Positions 9,852 through 19,295 of a stretch of 64,000 bases of DNA are shown piece after piece. Source of the stretch: Candidatus Poribacteria bacterium (lineage in GTDB: Bacteria > Poribacteria > WGA-4E > PCPOR2b). Numbering within the stretch: the stretch's first letter is position 1; each line of letters opens with the position of its first letter. The stretch spans positions 4,256,001 to 4,320,000 of the forward strand of contig OZ244587.1 in assembly GCA_965218095.1 (NCBI GenBank), in the 5' to 3' direction. Both the position numbers and the translations under genes were made by a program. Under the pieces are notes generated by a model. It made no database searches. It was not told where the DNA came from and saw only the letters and a program-made list of their open reading frames with translations.

Positions 9852-10916
9852 TTAGCCAAGCGCACTCACCACAGCGTCCCCGACCTGTGAGGTTGTAGCG
9901 GCCCCACCCAAGTCAGGCGTGAGGGTTTCACGACCCTCAAGGACCTTTAGCACCGCTTTGTCTATCGCATCCGCCGCACCCGCTTGACCGACAAAGCGCA
10001 GCATCATCGAACCAGAGGTGATAGCCGCCAACGGATTGGCGATGCCCTTGCCCATAATGTCCGGCGCGCTGCCGTGCACCGGCTCGAACATTGACGGGAA
10101 ACGACGCTCCGGATCGAGATTGCCGCTGGGAGCCAGGCCCATGCTTCCGGTGATAATCGCGCCGATGTCCGTGAGGATGTCCCCGAACAGGTTGCTGGCA
10201 ACCACCACGTCGAAGTCCTCCGGCCGCCGGACGAAGTCCATGCACGCCGCATCTACCAGCAGCGACTCCGTTTGTATGTCGGGATACCGTGCGGCGACCC
10301 GCTCGAAGGCTTGGTCCCATACAACCATGCCGTAGCCTTGCGCATTTGACTTGGTGACGGAAGTGACTTTGCGCTTCTTGTTCCGGCTGCGAGCCAACTC
10401 GAAGGCGTAAATCATGACGCGCTCGCAGCCGTGACTGGTAAACATGGCGGTTTGCACGGCAATCTCTTGTGGGAAGCCCTGGTACTGGAAGCCGCCGACA
10501 TTGGCATACTCGCCTTCTGTGTTCTCGCGTATCACCACCAGATCGATATCCCAGGCCGCTTTGTCTTTTAGCGGCGAGTTGATGCCGGGATAGAGCACAC
10601 TCGGTCGCTCACAGACGTACTGGTCGAATCTGCGCCGGATAGGCAGCAAGAGGCCGTTGAGCGTAATATGGTCCTGAATTTCAGGATGACCGACGGCGCC
10701 GAGATAGATCTGGTCGAACTCCGCCAGCGTATCCAGGGCATCGGTTGGCACCATCCGTCCGTGCTTGAAGTAGTAGTCCGAACCCCAGGGGAATTCGGTA
10801 AAGTCCCATTTGATGTTATATGCTTCGGCGACGACGTTGAGAACTTTGATGCCTTCCTCCATCACCTCGACCCCAATGCCGTCCCCCCGAATTACTGCAA
10901 TCTTGTATTCAGCCAT
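9852..10916 (-). CDS. ttuC: Tartrate dehydrogenase / D-malate dehydrogenase (decarboxylating)
   Basis: GDGIGVEV, RENTEGEY, TKSN, NLFGDILTD, FEPVHGSAPDI; the FPWGSDYY N-terminus is typical of TtuC/DmlA. Confidence 0.82.
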   Translation of the reverse strand: MAEYKIAVIRGDGIGVEVMEEGIKVLNVVAEAYNIKWDFTEFPWGSDYYFKHGRMVPTDALDTLAEFDQIYLGAVGHPEIQDHITLNGLLLPIRRRFDQYVCERPSVLYPGINSPLKDKAAWDIDLVVIRENTEGEYANVGGFQYQGFPQEIAVQTAMFTSHGCERVMIYAFELARSRNKKRKVTSVTKSNAQGYGMVVWDQAFERVAARYPDIQTESLLVDAACMDFVRRPEDFDVVVASNLFGDILTDIGAIITGSMGLAPSGNLDPERRFPSMFEPVHGSAPDIMGKGIANPLAAITSGSMMLRFVGQAGAADAIDKAVLKVLEGRETLTPDLGGAATTSQVGDAVVSALG

Positions 10917-11379
10917 TCTTTTCCTCCCTGATATTCCTGCGAAAATGTCCTATGGTTTCGATACGTCCAAAGGGCGACTTAACAACCTGGTGACGATGCT
11001 ACATAGGGGACCGATTTCGCCGTTGCGAATGGATTCCCGTGCGGCATGGAAGTTGGGTGCCCAACGTCGGGTGTGTTCAATCGAAAGTGGAACATCATGC
11101 GCCTCAACGGCGGCGATCTCCGATTGCTATCTTCATGACAAGATAATACAGGAAGCGAAAGGAGGTGTCAATCACTTTTATCGAAAACGCTTGACGGGGA
11201 TGAAAAAATCGAATAAAATCCTCACAACTTTTCCTGTGAGTCGGAGGGTTCTTCCTGTTTGCACGTAATACGTTCTACGCAATATGATCGTTGATTGAAC
11301 CGACGTGTTAACCGAATTGTGAACTATCCCTGCATATTTGCACATTTGCATATTTGCTTATTTTAAGGAGGAGATAATC

Positions 11380-12028
11380 ATGGGTTTCACCGTGTATGAT
11401 TGCCGGAAAGACATCCGTAATATCCTGGTCACCCCGCAGATGCGCGCTCGCTTTTGTCGTATGGAGCCGGGTTCCGGCTCCCACGACCAGTTCCATACCC
11501 ACGATCTGGGCCACGAGATCTTTATCATCCTGTCGGGATGGGTGGAATTCAAGATTAACGGCGAGATAACTGGGTCCGGATCAAATGTGTTATGCCTTAG
11601 CGGACGAGCCCCACTCCGTGCAGGTCATCGGGGATGAACCGGTGTATATGTGCCTCTCCGTCATCCCCCATATCTAGCCGGCGCATATCCTCTATTCCGA
11701 AGACGGTAAACGACTCCCGCCCCATTTTAGGCCGTCCAGCGACTATGACACGGAGACCGACTCGACCACGCCCATTGACAAATTGATTGACCGTCACGTC
11801 GATACGGACCGAGCGGTGGCCGAAATGACTCAAGCGAGCGCCCAGATCCAACAGGATATGGCGGGGGTGCTCAAGGGGGCGCTGGCTGCTGAGGACGAAA
11901 AGGCGGCTTCCGAGATGCGGAATGTCATGTGGGAGTCGCTGCGAGGTGCCTTCAAGAAGGTCAATGAGTTGGCGGGAAAATGGGACACGCTCTCCCCACG
12001 GGCAGGGGAAGTCCATGCCTACCATTGA
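11380..12028 (+). pseudogene. Cupin-domain protein, frameshifted (about 11570) with in-frame TAG (about 11675)
   Basis: HTHDLGHEIF cupin motif 1; motif 2 (ADEPHSV) in another frame; helical C-terminus; AAGGAGG RBS. Confidence 0.75.
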
Positions 12029-12132
12029 AAGTCGATATGAAAATTCCCTATAACTTTGAGCAACTGTAGTCAGTGTGTGCGAGTTGCTCTGCAGCGGCAT
12101 CGTCTAAATAGAAGAAAATGGAGGGAAATACC

Positions 12133-13218
12133 ATGCCAACTGTACGGATTGGCGTCGTCGGGTGCGGCGCAATCGCTCAGGTTCAGCATCTCCCCAATCT
12201 GCTTGAGCTTGATGAAGAGTTTGAGGTGCCCATTGTCTGCGATGTCTCGCCAGCCCAGGCGGAGTATATGGCGCGGCGGTTCCGGCTGCCCAAATATGTG
12301 ACCGATATCCGCGATCTGCTGGCGGCGGATATCGATGCGGTGGTGCTTTGTCACTCAGACCCCAAGACCGAGACGGCAGTGGTTGCTTTTGAAGCCGGTA
12401 AGCACGTCTTCATTGAAAAGCCTGTGTGTTTCTCCCTGCGTGAAGCTGATGCCATTATCGCTGCTGCACAGAAGTCAGGGAAGGTGGGTCAGTCTGGGTA
12501 CATGAAGGTATACGATCCGGCCTTTGAGCTGGCGAAGCGAGAAATCGATACGATGGACCCGATTCGTTTTGTGCAGATCAATCACCTGCATCCGAATAAT
12601 AATCTCCACCTGAGCCAGTTCAGGGTCAGTCAGTTCAACGATCTACCGCCCAGCGCCATCGAAGAGCAGCGGACTGCATGCAGAACCGCGCTGCGCGAGG
12701 CATTTGGGGATATGTTCGCTGCCGCCAAACCCGTTTGTGGCATCGCCTATGGGCTCATTCACGATCTCTATAGTCTCCAGACCATGTTAGGGGCACCCAG
12801 CGCGGTCGTCAGCACCGAAATCTGGAATAACTTCAGAGCCATAACGACCATCCTGGAATATCCCAATGGGGCCCAGTGTGTGGTCAGCCGGGTCGATCTC
12901 AATACGCTATGGGATTTCAAGGAAACCCTGGAGGTGTACAGCGATAACAAGCGGGTTATCCTGTCTTACCCGATGGGGTTTTCGCGCCGGGTGCTTGCGA
13001 AGTTGACCGTGCAGGGAATCGATGCGGATGGGACGAGTTTTCGCAAGGAGCCGGCGATTCCCTGGGAAAGCCCGTTCACTCATGAATTGCGCCACTTTCA
13101 CGAGTGCATCACCCGGGGGACACCCTCACATTCCTCGATCGCGCACGCACGCCACGATGTTGCGCTCATCATTGACATCACCAGGTCCTATATCACTCAG
13201 GCACCTGTGAATCGATAA
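12133..13218 (+). CDS. Gfo/Idh/MocA family oxidoreductase
   Basis: GVVGCGAIA Rossmann motif, GKHVFIEKP, GYMK, IHD. Confidence 0.9.
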   Translation: MPTVRIGVVGCGAIAQVQHLPNLLELDEEFEVPIVCDVSPAQAEYMARRFRLPKYVTDIRDLLAADIDAVVLCHSDPKTETAVVAFEAGKHVFIEKPVCFSLREADAIIAAAQKSGKVGQSGYMKVYDPAFELAKREIDTMDPIRFVQINHLHPNNNLHLSQFRVSQFNDLPPSAIEEQRTACRTALREAFGDMFAAAKPVCGIAYGLIHDLYSLQTMLGAPSAVVSTEIWNNFRAITTILEYPNGAQCVVSRVDLNTLWDFKETLEVYSDNKRVILSYPMGFSRRVLAKLTVQGIDADGTSFRKEPAIPWESPFTHELRHFHECITRGTPSHSSIAHARHDVALIIDITRSYITQAPVNR

Positions 13219-13219
13219 C

Positions 13220-13420
13220 GTCCCGAGAGTCTTCGACTTGCCGCCTCCGGCCCCCGCCCCCTCCGGTCTTCGACCGAGAGTCCGAGACCGCAATCCTCTC
13301 AATTTTGGGGGGAAGGGGAGAATCGCAAAACTCCCGAAGTTCCGGTGCTCCGCACCGAGAATCCACGATGCGAAACATCGGGACCTGCCCCGATCCATCG
13401 GGGAATTGGGGGCCGGGGAG
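13220..13420. repeat. Composite/nested REP-like palindromic element between convergent genes
   Basis: Outer arms CTCCGGCCCCC...GGGGGCCGGGGAG; inner palindrome CCCCGATCCATCGGGG; repeated GTCTTCGAC and CCGAGAGTC. Confidence 0.5.
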
Positions 13421-13440
13421 CGAATGTAACAAAGTCAAGC

Positions 13441-14475
13441 TTACTGTTCATCACCAGATCTTGTGTCTTCCAACTGTGTCTGTGCCAGTTTTGCGTCCAG
13501 GATGCGAATATCTCCGACCTCTTTCTGTTCATCCAACCATGCCTGTACTTCCTGTTCCAGTTTTTTCCGGAGGAGTTGTTCCTTAATCTCCTGACTGACC
13601 TCTGGATACGTTTTCTGGCGAAGGAGTTTTTTACCAAGTAGCCTAGCAATGAGGTATCCGTCAGGTGTCAGAAATGGTTGGCTTACTTCATCGATTTCCA
13701 GCTCGGCGATTGCCAATCCGACCTCCGTATTGGCAATATGCGTCTGTGGTTCTTGTACGACCAGGAGAAATGGGTTATCGCTGTAAGTTTGCTGAACCTC
13801 GCGAAATTCCCTACCTGCTTTTAAGTGGCAAAAGATTACCTCCGCAAGCTGCTTGGCTTCGGCTCGTTGATCTGCCGCATCCCCGGGGTTTGAGAGTACC
13901 ATAATATATTGAAACCGAATCTGCATCGGTTCAACAAATGCCAATCGATTTTGTTCAAAATATTGAGCTGCTTCTTGATCAATTTGTGCATCATTGATGG
14001 CGCTCCGAAATTGACGGGCAATCAATTCCTTCATGATTAAGTCGTTCCTGAGCCACTCCTCCAATTCCTGATATTCTAGTCCGCTTTCCTTCAGTTCCTC
14101 GAAGAATAACGCCTCAGAGGGATATGTGGATTTGATCGCTTCAATTTCTGCGTTCACCTTTTCCTGCCGAAGTGCGAGAGGAATCCCGATGTCATCCGCT
14201 TTTTGTAACATCAGCTTTCGTTCGATGAGATTCTCTAAGACTGCCCGTTTCACTTGATCTGAAGGGTTCTCAATCTCTCGAATAATCAATTCGTTCTCCA
14301 ATTCACTCCGCGCGATTGGCTGATCATTGACCACAGCGATCACGTAATCGATGATTCTCTCCCCTGCGAAACTGCTTGCCATGCAAATCAACTGAACAGT
14401 GAACAAAACGTGAAACGTGAAACGTGAAACGTGATGCGTAAAACGTAAAACGTAAGTTTCGTTCATTCCTTCCAT
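13441..14475 (-). CDS. SurA-like periplasmic chaperone / PpiC-type peptidyl-prolyl isomerase
   Basis: Signal peptide; IDYVIAVVNDQPI SurA N-terminal motif; degenerate rotamase domain (EVSQPFLTPDGYLI). Confidence 0.8.
   Translation of the reverse strand: MEGMNETYVLRFTHHVSRFTFHVLFTVQLICMASSFAGERIIDYVIAVVNDQPIARSELENELIIREIENPSDQVKRAVLENLIERKLMLQKADDIGIPLALRQEKVNAEIEAIKSTYPSEALFFEELKESGLEYQELEEWLRNDLIMKELIARQFRSAINDAQIDQEAAQYFEQNRLAFVEPMQIRFQYIMVLSNPGDAADQRAEAKQLAEVIFCHLKAGREFREVQQTYSDNPFLLVVQEPQTHIANTEVGLAIAELEIDEVSQPFLTPDGYLIARLLGKKLLRQKTYPEVSQEIKEQLLRKKLEQEVQAWLDEQKEVGDIRILDAKLAQTQLEDTRSGDEQ
14406..14454. repeat. Heptamer tandem repeat (AAACGTG x4, ATGCGTA, AAACGTA x2) inside the 5' end of the SurA-like CDS
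   Basis: Directly visible 7 x 7-nt units. Confidence 0.9.
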
Positions 14476-14577
14476 TCTTCCTTCCTTTCCTTTCCCTATT
14501 TCCTAACGTAATGAACTGATGAATCCAACGGGCGAGCTGTGCCCGTGCGAGAATTGGACCCGCTCTACTTTCCTTCC

Positions 14578-16438
14578 CTACCATTCGTATTCTACCCGTG
14601 CATAGATCCGGTGCTTCGGATTTGGTTTTGTTGTGTTGTGTGATCCAAAACGCGATTGCGTATAACGGATTCTGCCGCTAAAACGTCGCCAATTCCACAG
14701 TTGCAGTTGCATGTAAAATTCCTTGGGATAAAGTATCTCTATTGATGAGAACGGTATCGTTGATTTTCCAACGCATTTCCCATTCGATCCCTTCCGTCAA
14801 AAACCATTCGACCTTGAAATAGACATAGTCATCGGGAGTGGTGCGAGATAAGGATTTGCGCTGCGATCTGCGATAAACAGGGGTCAGATAGAGCATCGGG
14901 GGTGGCTGAAAACGTAACCACAACAACCCACTCCGGCGTTCATCCCCCGCGATCGCGATCTCGTCGTCATTCCATTTGCCGGATATGCCGAATTCCAGGG
15001 GGTTGGCAGGGCGAAATACGATTTCGGTATACGCCTCATTGTCCATTTGCAAGCTTGATGGGTGCTGCCACTGATCATAGTAGGCTCGTAGACGCAGCCT
15101 GCGATGCGGGCGATAGCGAACCTGCAAAAACACGCCCACTTCGTCGATGTCGCCGTCCACATCCCCGTCTCTTGTGTCATCTGAATCCGCAAATCCGTGG
15201 CTGTGCGGATTATCGAAATCTGCACCGTATCAACGGAGAGATGCTAACAGCGAAACAGATCGTGTTCTGAAACCCGCTTCAAGGTAGCTTGCCCAACCGG
15301 CTTCGAGGCTGTGGGATATTTCGCCCCGCAGGTCAAGTTGCCGAATTTCCGTTCTTGCGTATAAGCCAACGGCACTCCACCCGCCACGATTGGGGAGATT
15401 CCGAAACTCCGTATCAACCCGCTTATCGATCCAACCGCGATACCAAACACCGCCAACTTCGGTGTTCCTCTGTAACTGAAAAGTAACCGTTGAACCAATC
15501 AGTCGCTCATTGTAGACGCGATTCACCCTTCGCCGAGACCTCAGTCCCGTCACAGCGGCCGGCAACGTCACCGGGGAATCTGAATCGGAAACGAAGGCTG
15601 TCCCACTCCAACCATCCACACTCCATGTGGCTGCAACCCCACGTTGTCGGTAAGACGAGGTTGTATCGTCCACGTAGATGCCTTTGGGAGAGAAACGGTG
15701 TGCGTCATTAAACGTCAAGCCAGATCCGAAGCCCGCCGTAAAATTGCCAAGGACAATTTGCTTCCATATTCCGCCCGGCGTCCATGCCAGGTAAAGCTTC
15801 TCAAAACGCCAGCCCGGTGAGATTAGATCGGGGCGTCCAGCCTCCCATTGATATGCCGTATCGTCTTCATGCTCGGCGGCGAAGCCTAAAAAGAATCGAT
15901 TCTCGAAATCAGATCGGATTCTTAGGCGCGAATAATAAGGCTCGCCATCTTTATCGGTCTCCGATGTGTCGATCCGCATCCGCCCATCAAGTCGGTCGAT
16001 CCGTGGGCGAATCTCTGCAAAGGCGCGAAGGGTTCGCCGCTGCTGTGCGCTGAGGCGCCTGATTCGCAATAGATCTTCCCACTTAATAAACCCATTCTGC
16101 TTCTGACACTGATCTAAGATTGCCAGCGCGTTACTGCGTGAAATGCCGGGGATGGCAATCAAGTCTGTCACATCTGCACGGTTGAGATTAATCGGATTTT
16201 CAAGCACCTCCAGGAGGACGAGCGCCGCTTCTTCGGTGATCAGCCCATCGGCTTCCAATTGGCTGATGTCGTCCTCATTCTGAATCTCGAAATCAACGGT
16301 GGACACAACGGTTTGTGCGGAGATTGGCGGAGATAACCACAGCAAGGAAGTACACCAAGCACAATACGTGAAACCCCGATGGATCAGCGCAGAGCCTGAT
16401 CTCGCGTAGCAGACTCTCGGTACGTAGCTGTGAAACAC
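14578..16438 (-). pseudogene. Helix-hairpin-helix (ComEA-like) domain plus outer-membrane beta-barrel protein, disrupted
   Basis: INLNRA...DLIAIPGIS HhH motif; ORFs 15230-16438 and 14678-15160 are in frame across one TGA (SLR*YGADF); a frameshift near 14730 restores a C-terminus ...RIYARVEYEW* (aromatic beta-signal). Confidence 0.75.
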
Positions 16439-16649
16439 GAAGTGTGAAAGGAAGGAAACTCAAAGGGGATTTCCTAATTTCCTCATTTTCTTTTTTCAAT
16501 TTCCTATGAATGAATTCGCCTATTTCTTGAAGAATTCAGAAAAAATAGGTTGACAAAGACATCGAATAGAATGCTATAATCATATTCGCCGTTTCCTACA
16601 AAAGTTAGAGGACGAAAAGGGACCACAAACACGATAGGAGAAAATCGAA

Positions 16650-16801
16650 ATGATGGAAATCAAAGATGAAGGGATTTGTCGATTCTGTTTAAAAACCTTT
16701 GCCGGTCGTTCTATCGGAAGACATCTTGTCGCATGTAAGGTCAAAAAACAGAAGGACGATGAAAGCATGGCTAAAGCGAAGCGAACAAGGCAGAATTATC
16801 A
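16650..16801 (+). pseudogene. 5' fragment of a Zn-finger protein (pRiA4b ORF-3-associated type), interrupted by the group II intron
   Basis: MMEIKDEGICRFCLKTFAGRSIGRHLVAC (CxxC...HxxxC); AGGAG RBS; the protein-like sequence ends at the intron GTGCG. Confidence 0.55.
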
Positions 16802-17110
16802 GTGCGTTTCTGTGTAGCAAGATGTAATGATAGTTCAAATCTATCAACGGTAACTTGCAACCGTAAGCCTAACCTTAACTGCGTTGCCTGAAAAGGCAAG
16901 GTGGAAAGCAAAGGGAAACGGCAAATGCCTGCGAGGGAATGTAGACCTTCAGAAGGCATGTCAGGCTAAGAACGTCATGGCTAAAACGAAAGTTGAACTG
17001 ATGTAAGCCTCGTTACTACAGAACAGGTGAATCTACGAGGGGGAAAGTTGGTAGAATTCCCCAACTACAGCCTGCAGACAAAAGTCAACGTGGTTAAGGA
17101 TAACGTTTTT
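16802..17110 (+). ncRNA. Group II intron, 5' fragment (domain I only; no RT ORF, no domain V/VI)
   Basis: Starts GTGCG; hairpins GATAG-TTCAAAT-CTATC and TTGCCT-GAAA-AGGCAA; IIB-like GAACTGATGTAAGCCTCG segment; cut off by IS982. Confidence 0.65.
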
Positions 17111-17120
17111 ATTATACGTA

Positions 17121-18061
17121 ACCCAAGTTGCGACCTATTCATCGAATATGTGAGTGAACTGAATATGTGAGTGAACTCAGAGCTGATTGATACTGCTAGC
17201 CAATACAAACAAGACCACTTTCAATTCAAATCCGTGTCGCGTTACTGCATGGATTGAACGTGGAAGCAGTTTGTTAATCAAACTGCCAGCCGTCTCAACA
17301 GACTTACGATGGTAATTAGCCAAGTAGGTCTCCCATGGTGGATACAGCCGCTTGGAATTCTTCTTGCGTACTGGCTTTAATTCGACTCCGACTGATGTAA
17401 CAATATCTTCTATCTCATAATTATTGTATGCTTTGTCACCATAGCCCGGTGGCAAGTCGAAGTCAAACCACTGTAACCCTTCAACGTCCCCTGTACTGGC
17501 TGGGGTCACAAAAAATTCAACAGGGTGTCGACTCGCAGTCACTAGCAGATGAACTTTCAAGCCATAGAAATACCGACGTTTGGACGCTTGATAGCCTTGA
17601 TATGCCTTATCGGTGTAGATTTTTGACCGACGAATGCGGAACAAACAGCAATTGGTATGGTATCCAGTGCATAGATTTTCTGTTGATTAAGTTGCACATA
17701 GCTTCGTCCCAAGATTTTGAACAATGTGGTGAACATCGGTTTAATTCGATGAAGTCGTCGGTTGAATCGACTTTTTGAAAGCATCTTGGGTATATAGCCA
17801 TGAGTCTTTAGAAAGTCACAAGTGGTTTGCAAGTTTGCCCCGAAGAACAACGCAGCGACGATGCCGGTGGTCATCACTTCGGCATCAGACATCTGCGTTT
17901 GTGGGTGTGGTTTTGAGTTGAGTGCTTCTAAGAGCTTGTCACAGAGATAGAAAATGGTTACAATTTGGATGTCCATGGGTTTCTCCTTTGAGGTATTATG
18001 GTTTGGATTACCTCTACTTTAACGGAAAACCCATGGATTTTCAATTACTAGCAACTTGGGT
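17121..18061 (-). mobile_element. IS982-family element with frameshifted transposase (17177-17976)
   Basis: Terminal IRs ACCCAAGTTGC(G)A / TAGCAACTTGGGT; MSDAEVMT, SKSRFNRR, YFYGLKVH, YGDKAY, RKSVET motifs split over two frames. Confidence 0.9.
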
Positions 18062-18062
18062 T

Positions 18063-18091
18063 AGTATAGCAGAAAATCAATCCGTTGTCAA
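18063..18091 (-). promoter_or_regulatory. Consensus sigma-70 promoter pointing into IS982
   Basis: TTGACA-17-TATACT with extended TG on the minus strand. Confidence 0.7.
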
Positions 18092-18105
18092 TTTCTAAGA
18101 GTTAG

Positions 18106-18134
18106 TTGACACTGTTGATGGCGCGTGATATTAT
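18106..18134 (+). promoter_or_regulatory. Sigma-70 promoter upstream of candidate RNA and birA
   Basis: TTGACA-17-TATTAT with TG. Confidence 0.7.
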
Positions 18135-18140
18135 GATATG

Positions 18141-18369
18141 CCAAGGAGCAGGGTTCATTTGGCGTGATAAGAACCTACGCCATTTACTAGCGTGAGAAGT
18201 TTCAACCGGTTCAAGGTGTCGGTATTTTCAGGCATCCTGATAACTGGTATCGATTCCAAAAACTACAATCCACTTGCCCCGGTGAGTCTAGTTTACCCCT
18301 CGTCGAGGCTTTTGCATGCCACATAGTGTCCGCCTCACTCAAGAGTATCGGCGTGCGACCGTGGCTTGC
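18141..18369 (+). ncRNA. Candidate structured RNA (irregular rod, 6S-like) ahead of birA
   Basis: Nested pairings ACTAG/CTAGT, ACCGG/CCGGT, CAAG/CTTG, GTCGGTAT/GTATCGAT, TCAGG/CCTGA; starts just downstream of a consensus promoter. Confidence 0.35.
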
Positions 18370-18385
18370 GAACAATACAGTTCAT

Positions 18386-19210
18386 ATGACAACCGAAGCA
18401 ATCATATCTGGGCTCCAGACCCAAACCATCGGACAGGCGATCGAGATCTATGATCAGCTTGGATCAACGAACGATCTTGCGCTGCAGCGCGGCATCGAAG
18501 GAGTGCGAGAGGGTACACTGATCCTCGCAGAGTACCAGAGCGCGGGGCGTGGACGACATGGCAGGAGGTGGCACGCCCCGTCCGGATCAAGCATCCTTGC
18601 CTCACTCACCTTACATCACCGACTGTTGGCGAACCAGGTTGGATTACCCAATCTCATCGGTGCGGTTGCGATTGCAACCGCAATCCAAGAGTTGACTCAG
18701 CTTCCGGCGCAGATTAAGTGGCCCAACGATGTGCTGATCCGTGGGAAAAAAGTGAGCGGCGTCTTGACGGAATTGGAATACGATCAACATCGGCAGCCGT
18801 TTTTTGTCGTGGGATTCGGCGTCAATGTCAACATATTACTGGCAGATTTTCCAGCGGGACTTCGTTCTTCCGCGACTTCTTTGCGGATCGAAAGTGGGAG
18901 GGAAATTTCCCGTATTGCGCTCATCCAAGCTATCCTGTGCCAGCTTGAGGAAAACTACCTGTACCTGAAGCGTGGCAAAACCGCGTCAATCATTGAGATG
19001 GCAAACAGGCTATTTATCGGTGGATGGATGCGGATCAAGACGACTGATGGCACCTTCGATGGTTGGGCAGAGAAAATAAATCAAGATGGAGGACTCCTGC
19101 TTAGAGATGCAAACTGCAACTGGCGGGAGTTTTTGGTCGGGGAGGTAATTCACACGACAGGCGGCTTTGTGGATGTAGTTCTTCTTGACGGTGAACCGGA
19201 AACATGCTAA
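18386..19210 (+). CDS. birA: Biotin--[acetyl-CoA-carboxylase] ligase (no N-terminal HTH)
   Basis: STND, AEYQSAGRGRHGRRW, KWPND, KVSGVL, GFGVN. Confidence 0.93.
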   Translation: MTTEAIISGLQTQTIGQAIEIYDQLGSTNDLALQRGIEGVREGTLILAEYQSAGRGRHGRRWHAPSGSSILASLTLHHRLLANQVGLPNLIGAVAIATAIQELTQLPAQIKWPNDVLIRGKKVSGVLTELEYDQHRQPFFVVGFGVNVNILLADFPAGLRSSATSLRIESGREISRIALIQAILCQLEENYLYLKRGKTASIIEMANRLFIGGWMRIKTTDGTFDGWAEKINQDGGLLLRDANCNWREFLVGEVIHTTGGFVDVVLLDGEPETC

Positions 19211-19295
19211 GATACGCTCACATTTAAAACAGAATTGATACCAGCCTCCCTGTATCCGCGTAATCCTACGAAATCTGTCGTCCTAAAAGGAACTT

